Below, one piece after another: positions 30,582-49,230 of a stretch of DNA of 64,000 nt. A program made the translations under genes and the position numbers. The stretch lies in the NCBI RefSeq assembly GCF_009914755.1, contig NC_060930.1. One strand, given 5' to 3'. The stretch is from the human T2T-CHM13v2.0 reference genome, Homo sapiens. The notes below the pieces were generated by a model, which was not told where the DNA came from, did no database searches, and worked only from the letters and a program-made list of their open reading frames with translations. Position 1 is the first letter of the stretch, and the number at the start of each line of letters is the position of its first letter.

Positions 30582-33152
30582 ATATTCTTATGGTTGTTGT
30601 TATTGTTATGTAACCCTGGCGAAGCCACTCATTGTGTTGATACGGCATTTGTTCAGCAAACCAGCCCTTCTAATGTCAGGTAAGCCATGCCGGTGTGAGG
30701 ACCAATAAAATGTTTAAAACAAAAACTTGCCATAAAATTTAACGCTCCACATTAAAAGATATAGATCTTGTGTACATATGTTTTGCCCTGTTATTAGGAA
30801 GCAAAATTTAGAAGACAAGTAATTACAATTTAAGTAATTTGTTTAATACAATACCTGAAATTACTGTCAGATAAACATTTCTTGAGAAGATCAAAATATA
30901 TGGTTATTTTACAGTTTCCCATTTGGATCTCTTTCAATTTCTGTAGTTTATTAGCTTGGTTCAGTGTCTTTGAGCATTAGTCAACATTTAAAATGTAGGT
31001 TTTTATGATTCTGGAAGAAGCAATTGCTTCCGAGGGAGAAAACATTCTGTAAATTACATGTAAATGTTTTTACTTGGATGAGTTCTTTTGCATCTGTGCA
31101 GAGGATCATTTTAATTTACACAAGAATGAAGGTTTTCCGTGATTGAATGTAGTAGGCACGCTTGTGTATCTAATTTCCACTTCATTTATACCAGAGTCTA
31201 GCAGACACAAGGGGCATTTTGTTCTAATGTAAGTGCTACTTAAAAATAAAGTAAAATTATAATAAAAAGCTAAGGATTAGTGTGCCATTTCTAATTTTAT
31301 TTCAGAGTTGCCCCTTGGAGTGGGTTGGAGCAGATCTGAGTCATGTAATTTGGCATTATGATGCTCTAAAGATACAGACGATAAAGACTTCATCCTTGGA
31401 ACAAAGCAGATGAGAAACTCAGAGATGTGATTGACTAAAAACATCAAACCGTCTCCCCTTTCCCTCACAGCTATACATTTCAGAGTTTAGTGTATTTTTC
31501 CTACATAGAAAACTGTTCTGTAAATCCTTTCTATTTCTTTTTCCTTAATCTCTGAGATTATGTAGCCTTTACAAAATTGGGTGTTTGAAAATCCAAAGGA
31601 TTATAAAGGCTTCAGCTAATTCAGCTTCTTCTCTTTGCACCATTAAAATCTTTCAGAGAAATAACCAGCTTCTAGTCACTGTTTATTGACAGTGAAAAGG
31701 ATGTGACATTTTGACATTAATCAGTTGCTGGGCTGGAGACAAAGGTATAGGTTTTGATGTTCTAATATCACTGCAAATGTAATAATAAAGGCCACTGAAA
31801 TGTGGAAATGAGTGTGAATATTTGCCTCTTCCTAACTGAGAACCACAAGACTTCTTTTTATCTTATTAAATCTGCGTTATTAAATGCCCTAAATTAATGA
31901 AAGGTTATTGCTCAAGAATTCAAATTTATATAAACCAGCCAGTTCTAAGCTTTTAGTCTCTGAGCCACTCTTTCCTCTTTACAGCTTCTTTGTTAGGCAC
32001 AACTACATTTTTAGTATTTTTCTTCTATAGTCGTTTTTGGGTTTTGTTTTTGTTTTTGTTTTCATGCAGTCATTTTTCCCCTTGGCCATCTTGGGAAATA
32101 CACTGGTGGAGTTTCTCCTTACAATAGAGAGTACTGAGGCTCTGGAAGAGTACAGACGTCTTGCCTAAGATGTACAGTTGGCAAAGAGAACTGATAGGGT
32201 ACCATTCTCTAGGGAGGGCTGGCGCATTTAAACAGGCATGGTCCAAGGTGGAACGGAGATTGATGAGCGTGTAATACGTTTCCTTTGCATCCACCAAGAC
32301 GCCTCCTTGGTGGACAGGTAGAGAGCTAAGGCAGCCCCAGGTTGATTTCCCGGGACACCTGCAGTTGCAGAGTCTTTGGGAAGGACTTGTGTTTTCAAGT
32401 TCTGAAAGCTAGGTGCCTCAATCTCAGATATTCTGGTTAGTTACCTGCCTACAGAACTGTAATACCTCCCCTAATTAATATAATCCTTTGATTACAAATG
32501 AATTTTGAGCTACTTTCAAATTCTCTAAAGCACAGGTAATTTTGAAGGTGCTTATGGGATGTTGCAATGAATTAATCACTTTACAATAGAAGGGAAGGGT
32601 ATAAGATAGATTTTAAAAAACTTTCAACCTTCTTATGTTTATTGTCTTCATGATATAGGTGGCTTTGTTTGGCTAATCTTATTTTAATTTAATTATTTTA
32701 TATTAGATGTGCTAATTATACAAACACTAATTACCTGAATCCATTTAATTCTGTGGCATTCATGGTTACCTGACAAATACTGAATTGAATGACAGCACCT
32801 AAATATAACTGCATGACTTAGCTGTCTGGCGCAATATTTGCATTATTAGGGAGTTGTCATCTTGTAAAGAAATAGAAATCATGAACTATTTACCATAGCT
32901 TCACTTAATAATAGAAGATATTGCTATCTCAGACAGTGTAGCTTCCAATGTTGCTTTAGAACCAGGATAGCATCCTTAAGATTTAAAAAACTTTGAATAG
33001 CCTTTTAAAAAAAGTTTTTAAAATCATATGCTGTGCCAATTAATTTTATAAGTCTAATTATCTATATACTGCTTCCTAAAAGTTCATGAACTGCCAGTAT
33101 TGCTTTTGTCTCTCAGATGGATCCTAAGACAGCTCTTATAGTGTTGTCTGTA

Positions 33153-33282
33153 GGCCAGGTGTGGTCACTCACACCTGTAATCCCAGCACTTTGGGAGGCC
33201 AAGGAGGGGTAGTCATTTGAGGCCAGGAGTTGGTGACCAGCATGGGCAACATAGCAATAGCAAGACCTCATATCCACAACAA
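33153..33282 (+). mobile_element. FLAM_C / free left Alu monomer
   Basis: Left monomer only, ending GGGCAACATAGCAA(TAGCAA)GACCTC. Confidence 0.8.
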
Positions 33283-33849
33283 TTTTTTTTAAGTTTATAG
33301 TATTGTAAGTCTGAAACAAGTTCAGATATACATCCAAAGTTTTAGGACTTTCGCTTGATAACAAGTTTTATCATCTAATTTTGACACAACCCTTTTTTCT
33401 TTAAAAACAAAATAAGGTTGGGTCAAGATGGCAGTTATAACAAAATATTTTGTTTCCTCTCTTACCCCAAGTTCCCTCAAATTAAAAAAAGTAAAATTTT
33501 TGATAATTAATACTTCTGGTAAACAAGAACATGTACCATGAAGAAATAAGACATTTTAAGGAAATGCAAAAAATTTAGAAGCAAGCAGGATTAGAGCCAC
33601 AAAGAAAAAGAGACTGTAAAAAAGCAAAGCAAACATAATAAAACAAACAAAAACACTACCCAGGTTAAATATAAGAGAAGACTGCTGCTGAGAATTTTCT
33701 AGGGGTACTCCAAGCTCATGAACAATGAACATAAGTAGTGGGAGAAATCCTTGGAGCAATGATCATGGTGATTATACAGCAGCTGTATTTGGGGCTGCCC
33801 AGCCAGTCAGCCCTTTTCCAGCCTTGGCTTTTTTGCTCTGTGGGCAGCG

Positions 33850-34400
33850 AAACAGCCAAGATGATTTCATGGGAAAATTCTACCATATGTCTAAAGAACA
33901 TATAATTTCTATATTATACAAATAGTTTCAAAGAGAAAACATCAAAAAGTTTTCCAACTCATTCTTTAGGGCTAACATAATAAAGTACCATAAAATAGAA
34001 AGAAAGCTATAGTCTAAGCTTATTTCTGAACCTAGATGCAAAAGTCTGAAATAAAATACAAATGAAATCCAACTGTGTATTAAAAAGAGCATTTCCCAGG
34101 AATACAATCATGACTCATTATTGATACTTGATTATAATTTATTGAAAATTAGTATCACCATATTAAGGGATTCTAAAAATTCAATCTATACACTCAGCTC
34201 TGCCGATGCCAAAATTGCATTCGATGTAATTGAATACCACATTCAGACCAAAACAATGAAACAAAAAAGAGCAACGCAAACCCAAAACAAAACAAAATCC
34301 CTCTCAAACCACACTCAGAATACAAAGAAAACTTGATAAAGGGCATCTAACAAAAATGAAACCAAAGTTTTTGAAGAATTTCCCATTAAAGTTGCTATGA
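33850..34400 (+). mobile_element. Old L1M ORF2 (RT region) fragment
   Basis: CCAGATGATTTCATGGGAAAATTCTACCA-like, TTCCAACTCATTCT and GATGCAAAAGTCTGAAATAAAATA match decayed ORF2. Confidence 0.7.
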
Positions 34401-34421
34401 AGAAGAGGAGAGAGAAATATC

Positions 34422-35097
34422 TGTATAACACCCAGATTCTAAAGTGACCTCTGCCTCTTGGTGGTCCTGCCTTTCTGTAATCCTCTCCCCCTTGAGTGTG
34501 GGTGGGACCTGTGACTTGCTTCTAACCAACGGAATAGGGCAAAGGTGATGGGAGGTGACTCCTGGATTACTTTATGTTATATAAGACTCCATCTTACTAG
34601 CAGACTTAATCTCTCTCTCATTCTCCTACTGGCCTTGAGGAAGCAAACGGCCATATTATGAACTGCCAATGGAAAGAGCCACATAGCTTTGCGCAGTGGC
34701 AGTATCTCAGCCAATAAGGCTTCTCTGGAGGCGACTACTGGTAATTGGAAAGGGTCACATGACAGGAAGCTGTGAATGGAATTGAGGAGCTGAGGGAAGG
34801 CTCTGGCCAACAGACAGCAAAAAATGTTAAAGCTCCCAGCCCTACAGCTACAAGCTATGAGGAGATGAGTTCTGCCAATAACTTTAGTGAGCTTGGAAAT
34901 GGATTCTTTTCCAGTTGAGCCACCAGATGAGAATACAGCCTAGCTGACATCTTGATTGCAGCTAGTGGATCTTGATGCAGAGAGCCCAGCAAAGCAGTGC
35001 TCATGCTCCTAACCCACATAAACTGTGAGAAAATAAATGTATGCTGTTTTAAACTGCTAAGTTTCAAAAAAAATTGCAGCAATAGATAACAAATACA
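34422..35097 (+). mobile_element. MLT1E/F-like MaLR solo LTR
   Basis: CTTGAGTGTGGGTGGGACCTGTGACTTGCTTCTAACCAA...; terminus GCAGCAATAGATAACAAATACA. Confidence 0.85.
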
Positions 35098-35129
35098 GTC
35101 TATTCTCACCACTACTTTTTATAACATTT

Positions 35130-38030
<2,901 letters not shown>

Positions 38031-38069
38031 TCATGTGCTTACTTTTAATAATATGAAAAATTTTAAATG

Positions 38070-39280
<1,211 letters not shown>

Positions 39281-40139
39281 GGGAAAACTCATGCCAAAAT
39301 GAAAGAGAAAAAGTTCAAAGGGAAAATGAAAAGAAGGAAAAAAATGCAATCTTGAGATTTATGGCAGACTAGTGGATATCATGTGGCATACTTAAGTTGC
39401 TTTATTCATTCATGGTCTGTGTTGAGGGGGGCCATAGGACATAGAGGAACATAATAGAATTTTAGGGGGTGGTAAGTACTCATTATTCATTGGTAAAATG
39501 TGGATTTGGGGCCCTATGATGAGATTAAATGTGTAAGAGAAGCAATTCCATTTGAGGATAAGGGAAGGCAGAGGCTTTCACATTTCCAGCTGATTGTTAA
39601 GGACAGACAGGTAATATTATAAAAAATCGAATGTAAGAAAATGTAGTTTAAAAAATGAGAAATCCATTTCTGAACTCATTTAAGCTTTCTCCCCAGATCT
39701 AAGATGAAAGCTCATCAGCTGTAAATACTCAGTGCTTTCCACCGTGACAGAGTTTAAATTAAAACAAAAAAAAAACCTAGAGCTTGGCAGGAAAGCAGAG
39801 GTCCATGGTATGAACCTGTGGCCAGACGTGCCTGGAAAAGAAAGAGCAGAGGCTGAGTTTCCGTAAGGTCCTGTTTCTGCTGGCTGTAGCCCTCCTGCAG
39901 ATTCTGGGTTTCTGTGGGATGGTTTGCTTAAGCAAGAATTTGTCAGTGGGTCAACAGCCCTCTCCAGTGAGGAGGGTGCGTCGGGCTCCTGATGCCGAGT
40001 CCAGTCACATTGCACGGCTAGCCTTAGGCCGACAATGCTGGATCAGTCAGGCTCTCCTGGGTTGCAAATACTAGTTCCTGAAACCGTCCTTCCTCTCTCC
40101 CTCTCTTCCTGTCTCCCTTCTTGCCTCCTTGTTTCCTTC

Positions 40140-40250
40140 TTTCATCCTTTTATTCATCAACAATTTACTGAGCAGTTACTGTGTCAGGCATTGCTGTAGT
40201 GGAGATTCTGGAAATACAGCAGTGACCTCGACAGAGAAAATTCTTTCACA
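40140..40250 (-). mobile_element. L2 3' end fragment
   Basis: TTCATCAACAATTTACTGAGCAGTTACTGTGTCAGGCA...AATACAGCAGTGA. Confidence 0.6.
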
Positions 40251-40869
40251 GCTATACCTCCTTCATTCTTGGTCTATTTTCAGAATTCAAACTTCTGAAT
40301 GTAAAAATTGGCTGCCCTATCAGGGATATTATTCACTGATTGTGAATTTCTTGCTTTACTTTCTAGAGGTAATTGTAGTATGCATTGCAAATGAATTACC
40401 ATTTTGGTTTATAAACCAATCCCTTATTATTTTATTTGATATGAATTAAACTCCCTGGGTAATTCTGTCTGTACTGACAAAATTCCAGTTAGGGATCTGT
40501 ACATCTAAGTGTTACATCTCTACTTCTGCTGCCCTGTAGGTCCTGTCTTGGTTCCCTCCTTGAGTTACATCTTTTCCCCATCTCTCACACGTAATACTTA
40601 ATCCTTAGTGAATGGCTCCAGTTGCTAATTAACTAAAAAGGAAATATTCGGAGAGCTTGGAATAAGAGATGGGATGGGAAAGGCAGCGCCTTAATACACA
40701 GCAGAGGGGTTACTCCTAGAGACATCCACCATCTGCTCCTGTATTTTGAAATTCTTTCAGATTAGATTTAGATTCTGCCCAGAATCTATTGCCACAACTG
40801 TAATACTCATCTCTTCATTTAAAAAAAATAATTGTAACTGTAGGTCTCTTCAATTACTGGCACTTTTTG

Positions 40870-41400
<531 letters not shown>

Positions 41401-42031
41401 CTCTTGGTTATTATTATATAGAAATTTAAAAACCATAGTAAAACTTAAGAATATAATGTACAGGATTGTGGTAAGGAGTAAATGGCCCGCTAGGAGGAAA
41501 ACACTTAGCAAGAGGATGGCTGTTGATCTTCCTTCGCTGAATAAACTCCATTTTTTTTCAACCTTTTCCTCAAAATGTGGTAGCTTCCACCAGGTTAGTT
41601 CTAAGCAGCACAGGATCTATTGACACTATTGCTTGACCTGTTCTGTACTGATACTTTGTCTATTCAGCAGCTTATGAGTGCATTTCTTTTTTTAGCATCC
41701 AAGGTAAAATTGCTGTTCATATTAATTTTATAGTCATCTAAAATTTCTCTTTAAAAGATGAACAGTTCTTAAGCAGAACTTACCCATTTTTGTACTCAGG
41801 TGGAGGTAATTTTGGTGTATTTCTTTCTGGTCTTTTCTCTAGATGTAAGTTTGCATAGACAGGTTTAGATAAAAATGAATATATACATTTTTGTTTAATA
41901 GCCTACTCATTTTTCATAATATGTATCATGACTATTTCTCCATGTCATGCAAGATTCTTCCAAAGCATCATTTCAAAGGCTGCATGGTATTCCATGACAC
42001 AGGTGTACTTTATTTAATTCATCATCTTTGA

Positions 42032-42397
<366 letters not shown>

Positions 42398-44842
42398 TAA
42401 TGCCACATTTTTGATACTGACTCTGTAGGTCACCCAGAAAAATAAGTTCCCAATCTGCCCAGTTCCTAATGATACAGTTCTGAGACTTGTCCTGATGCTG
42501 CTGTTCAATGATGCCAGCAGTGCATCCGTGAGACCTACTGGGGGGAAACATGTTGCTAAGCAGTATTTATAACCCCTCTTAAGCAATTCTTTAGGAAATC
42601 CCATATTAAACACAGCAGAAACAGACCCCATTTATCTCTGAGGACATGAATATTCATATGCACTCATGAAGACAGTTTTTCTATTTGCATAGAATTTATA
42701 TTTTTGGTGTGTTTTACTATATTCAAGACACATACACGATCTCACTTGATACTCAAGAAAAGCCCATTTTACCAATGAAGTAACTGAGGCTCATTTTTTG
42801 GAAACTACCTCTCCAGCAAGTGGCAGAAAAGAAATTCACATCTAAGTCATGATTCTAAACTCTGTGCTCCTTTCTGTCTATTTGAGGATTAAATTTTGAT
42901 TCATTAGCATTTCGGTAATAGGAAGTATTAGCATATCAGATTTGCTCAAGGCAAAGTGGAATTTTCTCATCTCACCTCTCATTAATAAAAATTATTCTGC
43001 AGGAAAGAATTGCTACAAAGCTTGATTAGTTAAAAACCAATAGCCTAACTCTAACATCAAGATATATAGGCATCGATTTTATTTGATGAAAAGTGCAGCT
43101 TAGGAGGAGCCCAGGCCAGCTCTAAGCACTGGCCCTGCCTTTTCTTGCAAATGCTGAAATGCTATCTTTAATGTATTGTCATTTAGAGGTGACAAAGTCC
43201 TTAAGACCCATGAACATTACAAGTGCAACAATAAAACATGATTTTTTTTTCCCCTGGAAAATGCCCTTGTTACAGTGCTCCAAAAATGAGTTAGAGATGA
43301 TTTCTTTGTTGCCTCCATAGACCTTTAACTGGAATATATTCAAGGCTTTCTGTAGCTTGCATCCTTATAAATTTATTCTTGTCAGGTCTAGCCATGTATC
43401 AGGCTCCTAGAGTGAAATATGAGAATGAAAATGGAAGCAGCATCAGATGATGACACATTTGCCAGGGGAATTCAGAGTGAGGGAGACTGTCCAAGGCGAG
43501 GAGGTGAGCCCAAGATAGAGCATCGCAGGTGGCATCCACTGTTCCCTTCCTATTCCTGCCATTGTTCAGATCCTTGAAAGCCGAGCAAATGAGAGTAATG
43601 AAAGGCTTGATTCCGTTACACTGCCTTGACTTTGCTGCCAATCATATACCTCCAAATCCTAATAAAAGCACATGGCACTTCAACACAGGGATAGAAGATT
43701 GAAGAAAGAGGCTGACTGGTTTGACCTCGGCCACATTAGAAAATCAAGTGGCCTATAAGATCCCTACAGCAATCGGATTTTGTTGTGGGTAAAGCCTTCC
43801 CCTGTAGACAGAGACACTGTACCAAATAAACCATGCTATTCCCAAGAAACTGGACCCGGAAATGTTGTCTTCAAAGACAATTTTTGGAACATAGGACTCC
43901 AAAGTCAGGGAAATTGGAAGAGACAGCTGGGGGTCTTAAGCACTAATATTTGATTAGTGAAGGCAAGAGGGAGTGTGTTGCACGTGGCATAGCTTCCACA
44001 AACTTATTTTATCTTCAAACATTTTATTCAGGTTTTATGGAACCTCTGTGTGATTAAATTATTCTCCTGGTAGTCCTGATAGTGCACCTGAGGACTTTGG
44101 GGAACTTTGCTATTTTCCTGTTACTTTCTGCATTCTCCAGAATGGTCACATTAGTGTCCTTGTCTTTTAATTCAATTTGATCTGTAACACATCTGTTGAA
44201 CACATTGTGTGGTGGGTGTGGTGTGTCAGGGATAAGACGGCCAAGGTCTGATTCCTGCCCTCATGGAGCTCAGCATCACTGCAGAGACGTTCAGAATAAC
44301 AACTAGAAATCCCTGAGATAAGGACTGGACTCTGAGCTGGGGCTGGGGCTGGGGTTGGGGGAGCTCGGAGACAGGACAATTCATTCTGCCTGTGGACTTG
44401 AAGGAAGCTTCCTTGGTGCTAAATAGGCTGATCTCAGAGCTCTGGAAGGAGAGGAGGTACATGGTCCAGTTAGGGAGCCGGAGTCTCTGCAGGATGGTTT
44501 GCCACATGATCTGGCCAGCAGGGAGGAAAGGTGGATGTGGAGACGGGATGTGCAAAAATTAACCCAGTAACAGAAAGAGCAACAGATTGTAATTTTTAAA
44601 GTAACAATATTATTTAAACTAAAATGATGGTAGTAAAAATTCTTCAAGTGGAAATATTATACTGTGGGAGTTTTTTTAAAAAAATTCACTGAATATTAGA
44701 AAAGAACATTAACCAAAAAAAAAAAAAAAAAAAAAAAACGCATCACCAGCAAAGTGTGAAAGTGTGCAGTTTGGGGATTTGGCCATAATCATTATTCTCC
44801 AAGTCTTCATAGCACCAATATTGAAGTATTGACCCCTGCAGA

Positions 44843-45170
44843 GCATGGACGAACCTCAAAATAATTGTACTCAGCAATCGAGGCCAGTCACAAAAGACCA
44901 TGTATTGCATGATTCCATTTATATGAAATATCCAGAAGAAGCAAATCTGTAGAGGCAAAAAGTACATCCATGGTTGTCTGGAGGTGGGATCGGGGGAAGT
45001 GACTGCTAATGGGAATGAGGTTTCTTTTTGAGGTTAAAAGAAAATGTTCTAAAATGAAAGTATGATGATTAGATTATATTCTAAATATACTAAAAATGAC
45101 TGAAATGTGTATTTTAAATGGGTGAAGTTTACGATATGTGAATTATGGCACAATAAAGCTGTTTAAAAAA
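44843..45170 (+). mobile_element. L1MB-type 3'UTR
   Basis: GCCAGTCACAAAAGACCATGTATTGCATGATTCCATTTATATGAAATATCCAGAA...CAATAAAGCTGTTTAAAAAA. Confidence 0.85.
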
Positions 45171-45637
45171 TCTTATAGCCCCAGCTTTACATGCTTAACC
45201 ACAAGCTTCATTTGCAGGTTTAGACACAAACTAGAGGGGGGAAAAGATAACCCGCTAGATTGTACTGTGCGTGTGTTGAAATGCATCCTGGGTGACAGCA
45301 GGCGATCCTTCTTGAACTGCATCACCAGCCTTACGTCTGGACTATTCTGGACTGCCCAAAGGAGAGCAGTCTTGGAGGAGGGGGGCCAGGTCAGCTCCTG
45401 CACTTAGACATTTGTGGAAAATGACTGGAGCATGAAGGTCATTTCTAGCCGTAACAGCAGGGCAAGACTGGAAATCATGGTGTGGTGGAAAGAGAAGCGG
45501 CCTCATAGGAGCAATCAAGGTCATGACCCAGCAACTATGTGCTTACTAGTTGTGAGGCTTGGGGCAAATCACCTCATTCCTGGGGACCTTCAATTCTTCT
45601 CTAGCAAATGGGAATTTGGATTATAAAAACGTAGCCA

Positions 45638-46032
<395 letters not shown>

Positions 46033-46873
46033 TCACAGCTGAGGGCCTGGTATTTGTCTTGTCAGGCTCCAAATCTTAATTTCTATGACTTTGAAGCTGA
46101 CCCTTCCTTCAGTGGCCAATGCTAAGCATACCCACAGGACTTGGGCTTATATGCTAGCTTACCGATTTATAAATTTACAGCGTGATATATGACTGCCAAG
46201 AAGACTCAGTACTCATTTCTCCCAGCCAATGCATCTACTCCCTTTAAAAAAAAATCTAAATCAAATGCCAAATTATGATCAGAAGGTTACTCAGTGAGCT
46301 ACCAGTGAATCACAAAAGCAGATTCTGGGCTCCAGTAAGCCAGTGGGTTCAATTTATGATAGTCACTTATTTATCTCCCTCTAGGACAGAACAAGCCAGG
46401 TTGTGTGCTTAGGTCAGAACTGGTTTTCCCTGAAGTGCCTGGATGGGCACTTCCTCCCTGCACAAGCATCTTTACTAGATTCACCAGCAACCTCACTACC
46501 AAAAGATCAGTATCCTGTTATGTTCAGTTCTTTATCCTGTTAGAATATAGCTAATGGTTTGCTTTTTAAATTTCTGACTCAGGAAATATTATCTCCAAGA
46601 TCTCTTTTTGAATAATCTGGTCTTATTCATTGCATATAATTTCTGTAGTTTACCTTTAAGAATTTGGGGAGAGCCTTGCTGTATCACATTATAGCATATA
46701 ATCATATAGTATTATCATATGTAACTTATGTATTCATATGTATACATACATGTGCTTATATATATACACACATATATAGTCATGATCAAGCAGATAATAA
46801 TATTTCACCCTACAGCCAATAATAAGAGCGTGCTGATTGATGATTGTGAAAATCAAATAAGATAACATGTGTT

Positions 46874-47167
<294 letters not shown>

Positions 47168-47337
47168 AGATAACGTGTCAACAGTGCATTGAAAACTGTA
47201 AAGTATTTTCCTCATGCAAGATATTAATGACCAGCCTTGGGAACCAGATCCAATTTGGCACTATCACTACACCTAACCTAAATACATAGGAGTTGTGAGG
47301 CTTGGGGCTAAGGACCAGCTGGAGAGAAGATAATTGT

Positions 47338-47670
47338 CAAGGTCTCAAACTGCATGTCCTGGAAACAGCTCAGGCCCACAGTGTGTGTTTATAAGGCCTA
47401 CAGAATGTTTTTAGATTTTCAATTGATTGCCAAAATTTAAAAATGAGAAGAAATCACAGAAAAGGACATATTTGTCTACTTCTATGGAAAAAATAGACTA
47501 GCAGAGCTAGGCTAGTATTCTTGCATAATTACAGTGGTAGCATCCTTCGAGAAGGCATGAGCTCTCCAGCAGGTAGTAGACCCTGCCGCTCCCTCTTGTC
47601 TTACTCCAGCCTGTTCTATTCATTCACATTACCGGAATGGCATCTGTAGGCATTTGAGTTGTGACCTTTG
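47338..47670. mobile_element. MER102-like hAT-Charlie element
   Basis: Ends CAAGGTCTCAAAC...GAGTTGTGACCTTTG; internal TTGCCAAAATTTAAAAAT. Confidence 0.5.
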
Positions 47671-48989
47671 TGTGTGGACTAATTTCAGGGTTTCTGGGAA
47701 AGCTCTCCCTTACAAAAGCCTCTCCCTAATATTTCCTCCCTGATAGTTGAAATTAATTTACACAGACCAAAGGCTTGTATTCCACAATTAGTTAGAAGAG
47801 CTCACACTCTAGGTAGAGTTAAATTATTCACACCAAGTTGTAAAATTTTTTTAGCTGGGCCCCTTCCCTGGTAGAAGTTTTGGATGAGTTGAGGGAGAGA
47901 CTGTCCAGCTCCAGGGAGGCAGGCAAGTGAAGGAGTCCCAGAGAAAGAAGGAAGAAGGGAAGCAAGAAGGTAAATTGGTGATGCTAAAAGCAAATGTGAA
48001 TCTATCTGGTAGTTTCATTGGACTTTATTTCTTTTAGGATAGACCCAGTCTCCATGAAGTCTTGAAGACTAAGTCCTAATCTACAGCCCCTGGATGTCCT
48101 GTTGGTTTTGAACCAGCACAGTTCTGTACTAGGGAATGATTGTAACAGCTGTAGAGCAAGTATTGTTCCCAACTTGTCAGGACCCATGGAGGATCGGTCA
48201 AAGGAGGGGGAAAGCTGTGACACGTCGCTTCCATACACCAAAATGGCTCACATGAAGCAGAGATGATGATCATTTCCTTGATATTGAGTTGATAAAGGTT
48301 TATCAGCCATGATACACTCTGAAACATGCAAGGAATTTGCAAGAGCTCACTGGGAAACGAGCCAGTTCTCCTATTTTGTCTTTCATCATTTTGCTGGAGA
48401 CGCAAAAGTGTGCACACAGGTCATTCGTATAATGAGCAGTGCTGCGGTAGTAAGACCAGCCCCGTAATGAACAGGATTGCCCCAGCCCGTGATGCTGATG
48501 CAAGTGAGATAGGAGACAGGAGGCTAATGTGTGCTTGGTCGGCAGCTCACCTGCCGAGGAGGAATGAAGAATCACAGGAGAGTTACCTAGATAGTTATGG
48601 GAAAACAGAAACCCTCTCTGTTTTTTCACTGTCACTAATTGTGCCAGTTATCTGTGTCGCTTTGAATGTAAGCAGCTCGCCTATTCAAACACAGCAGGCC
48701 ATCCTATTGCTGGAAGAGTTAAGGAAGGAGAAGGCCAGATGACTCCCCAGATTAGATGTAATGCCACCTGTCATGTTTTTATTATGATTTTCAAAAGCAT
48801 AAACTTTTAGCCTGTCCTTTCGGTAGTTATTATGAATGTTTTGCCTTATCTCGTTTTTTCTATTATAAAACAAAAAGATAGGGATTTTTTTAGAATCACA
48901 AAAAAATTTATTTGAATACTTAGGTAGGGTCTAAGGGCTCAGAACCTTGTTTTTCTAAATAAGCATATTCATATGCACATAGAAGAAAT

Positions 48990-49230
48990 AGCATTAAAAG
49001 CTTAAGAGTGTGATGGTCAGGGTTCACGTCACAGCTTCATCAACTACTAGCTGTATCACTCTGAGCGAGTCAGTTAACATCTCTGTGCCTCAATTTTTTC
49101 ATCTCTAAAATGGGCTAATGATAGTACCAGTATTATAGAGATATTATAAGGATTAAATAGGTTAAGATACCTAAAGAATTGGGAATAATGCCTAGCCCAC
49201 AGTACCTACTTGGTAAATGTTAGCTAATTT
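48990..49230 (+). mobile_element. MIR
   Basis: CTCTGTGCCTCAATTTTTTCATCTCTAAAATGGGCTAATGATAGTACC. Confidence 0.8.

Noticed and set aside
48326-48742. 138-aa ORF (with overlapping ~110-aa antisense ORFs) in unique, mildly CpG-rich DNA
   Set aside because: No recognisable domain or convincing splice boundaries. It may be regulatory, but I cannot support a CDS.
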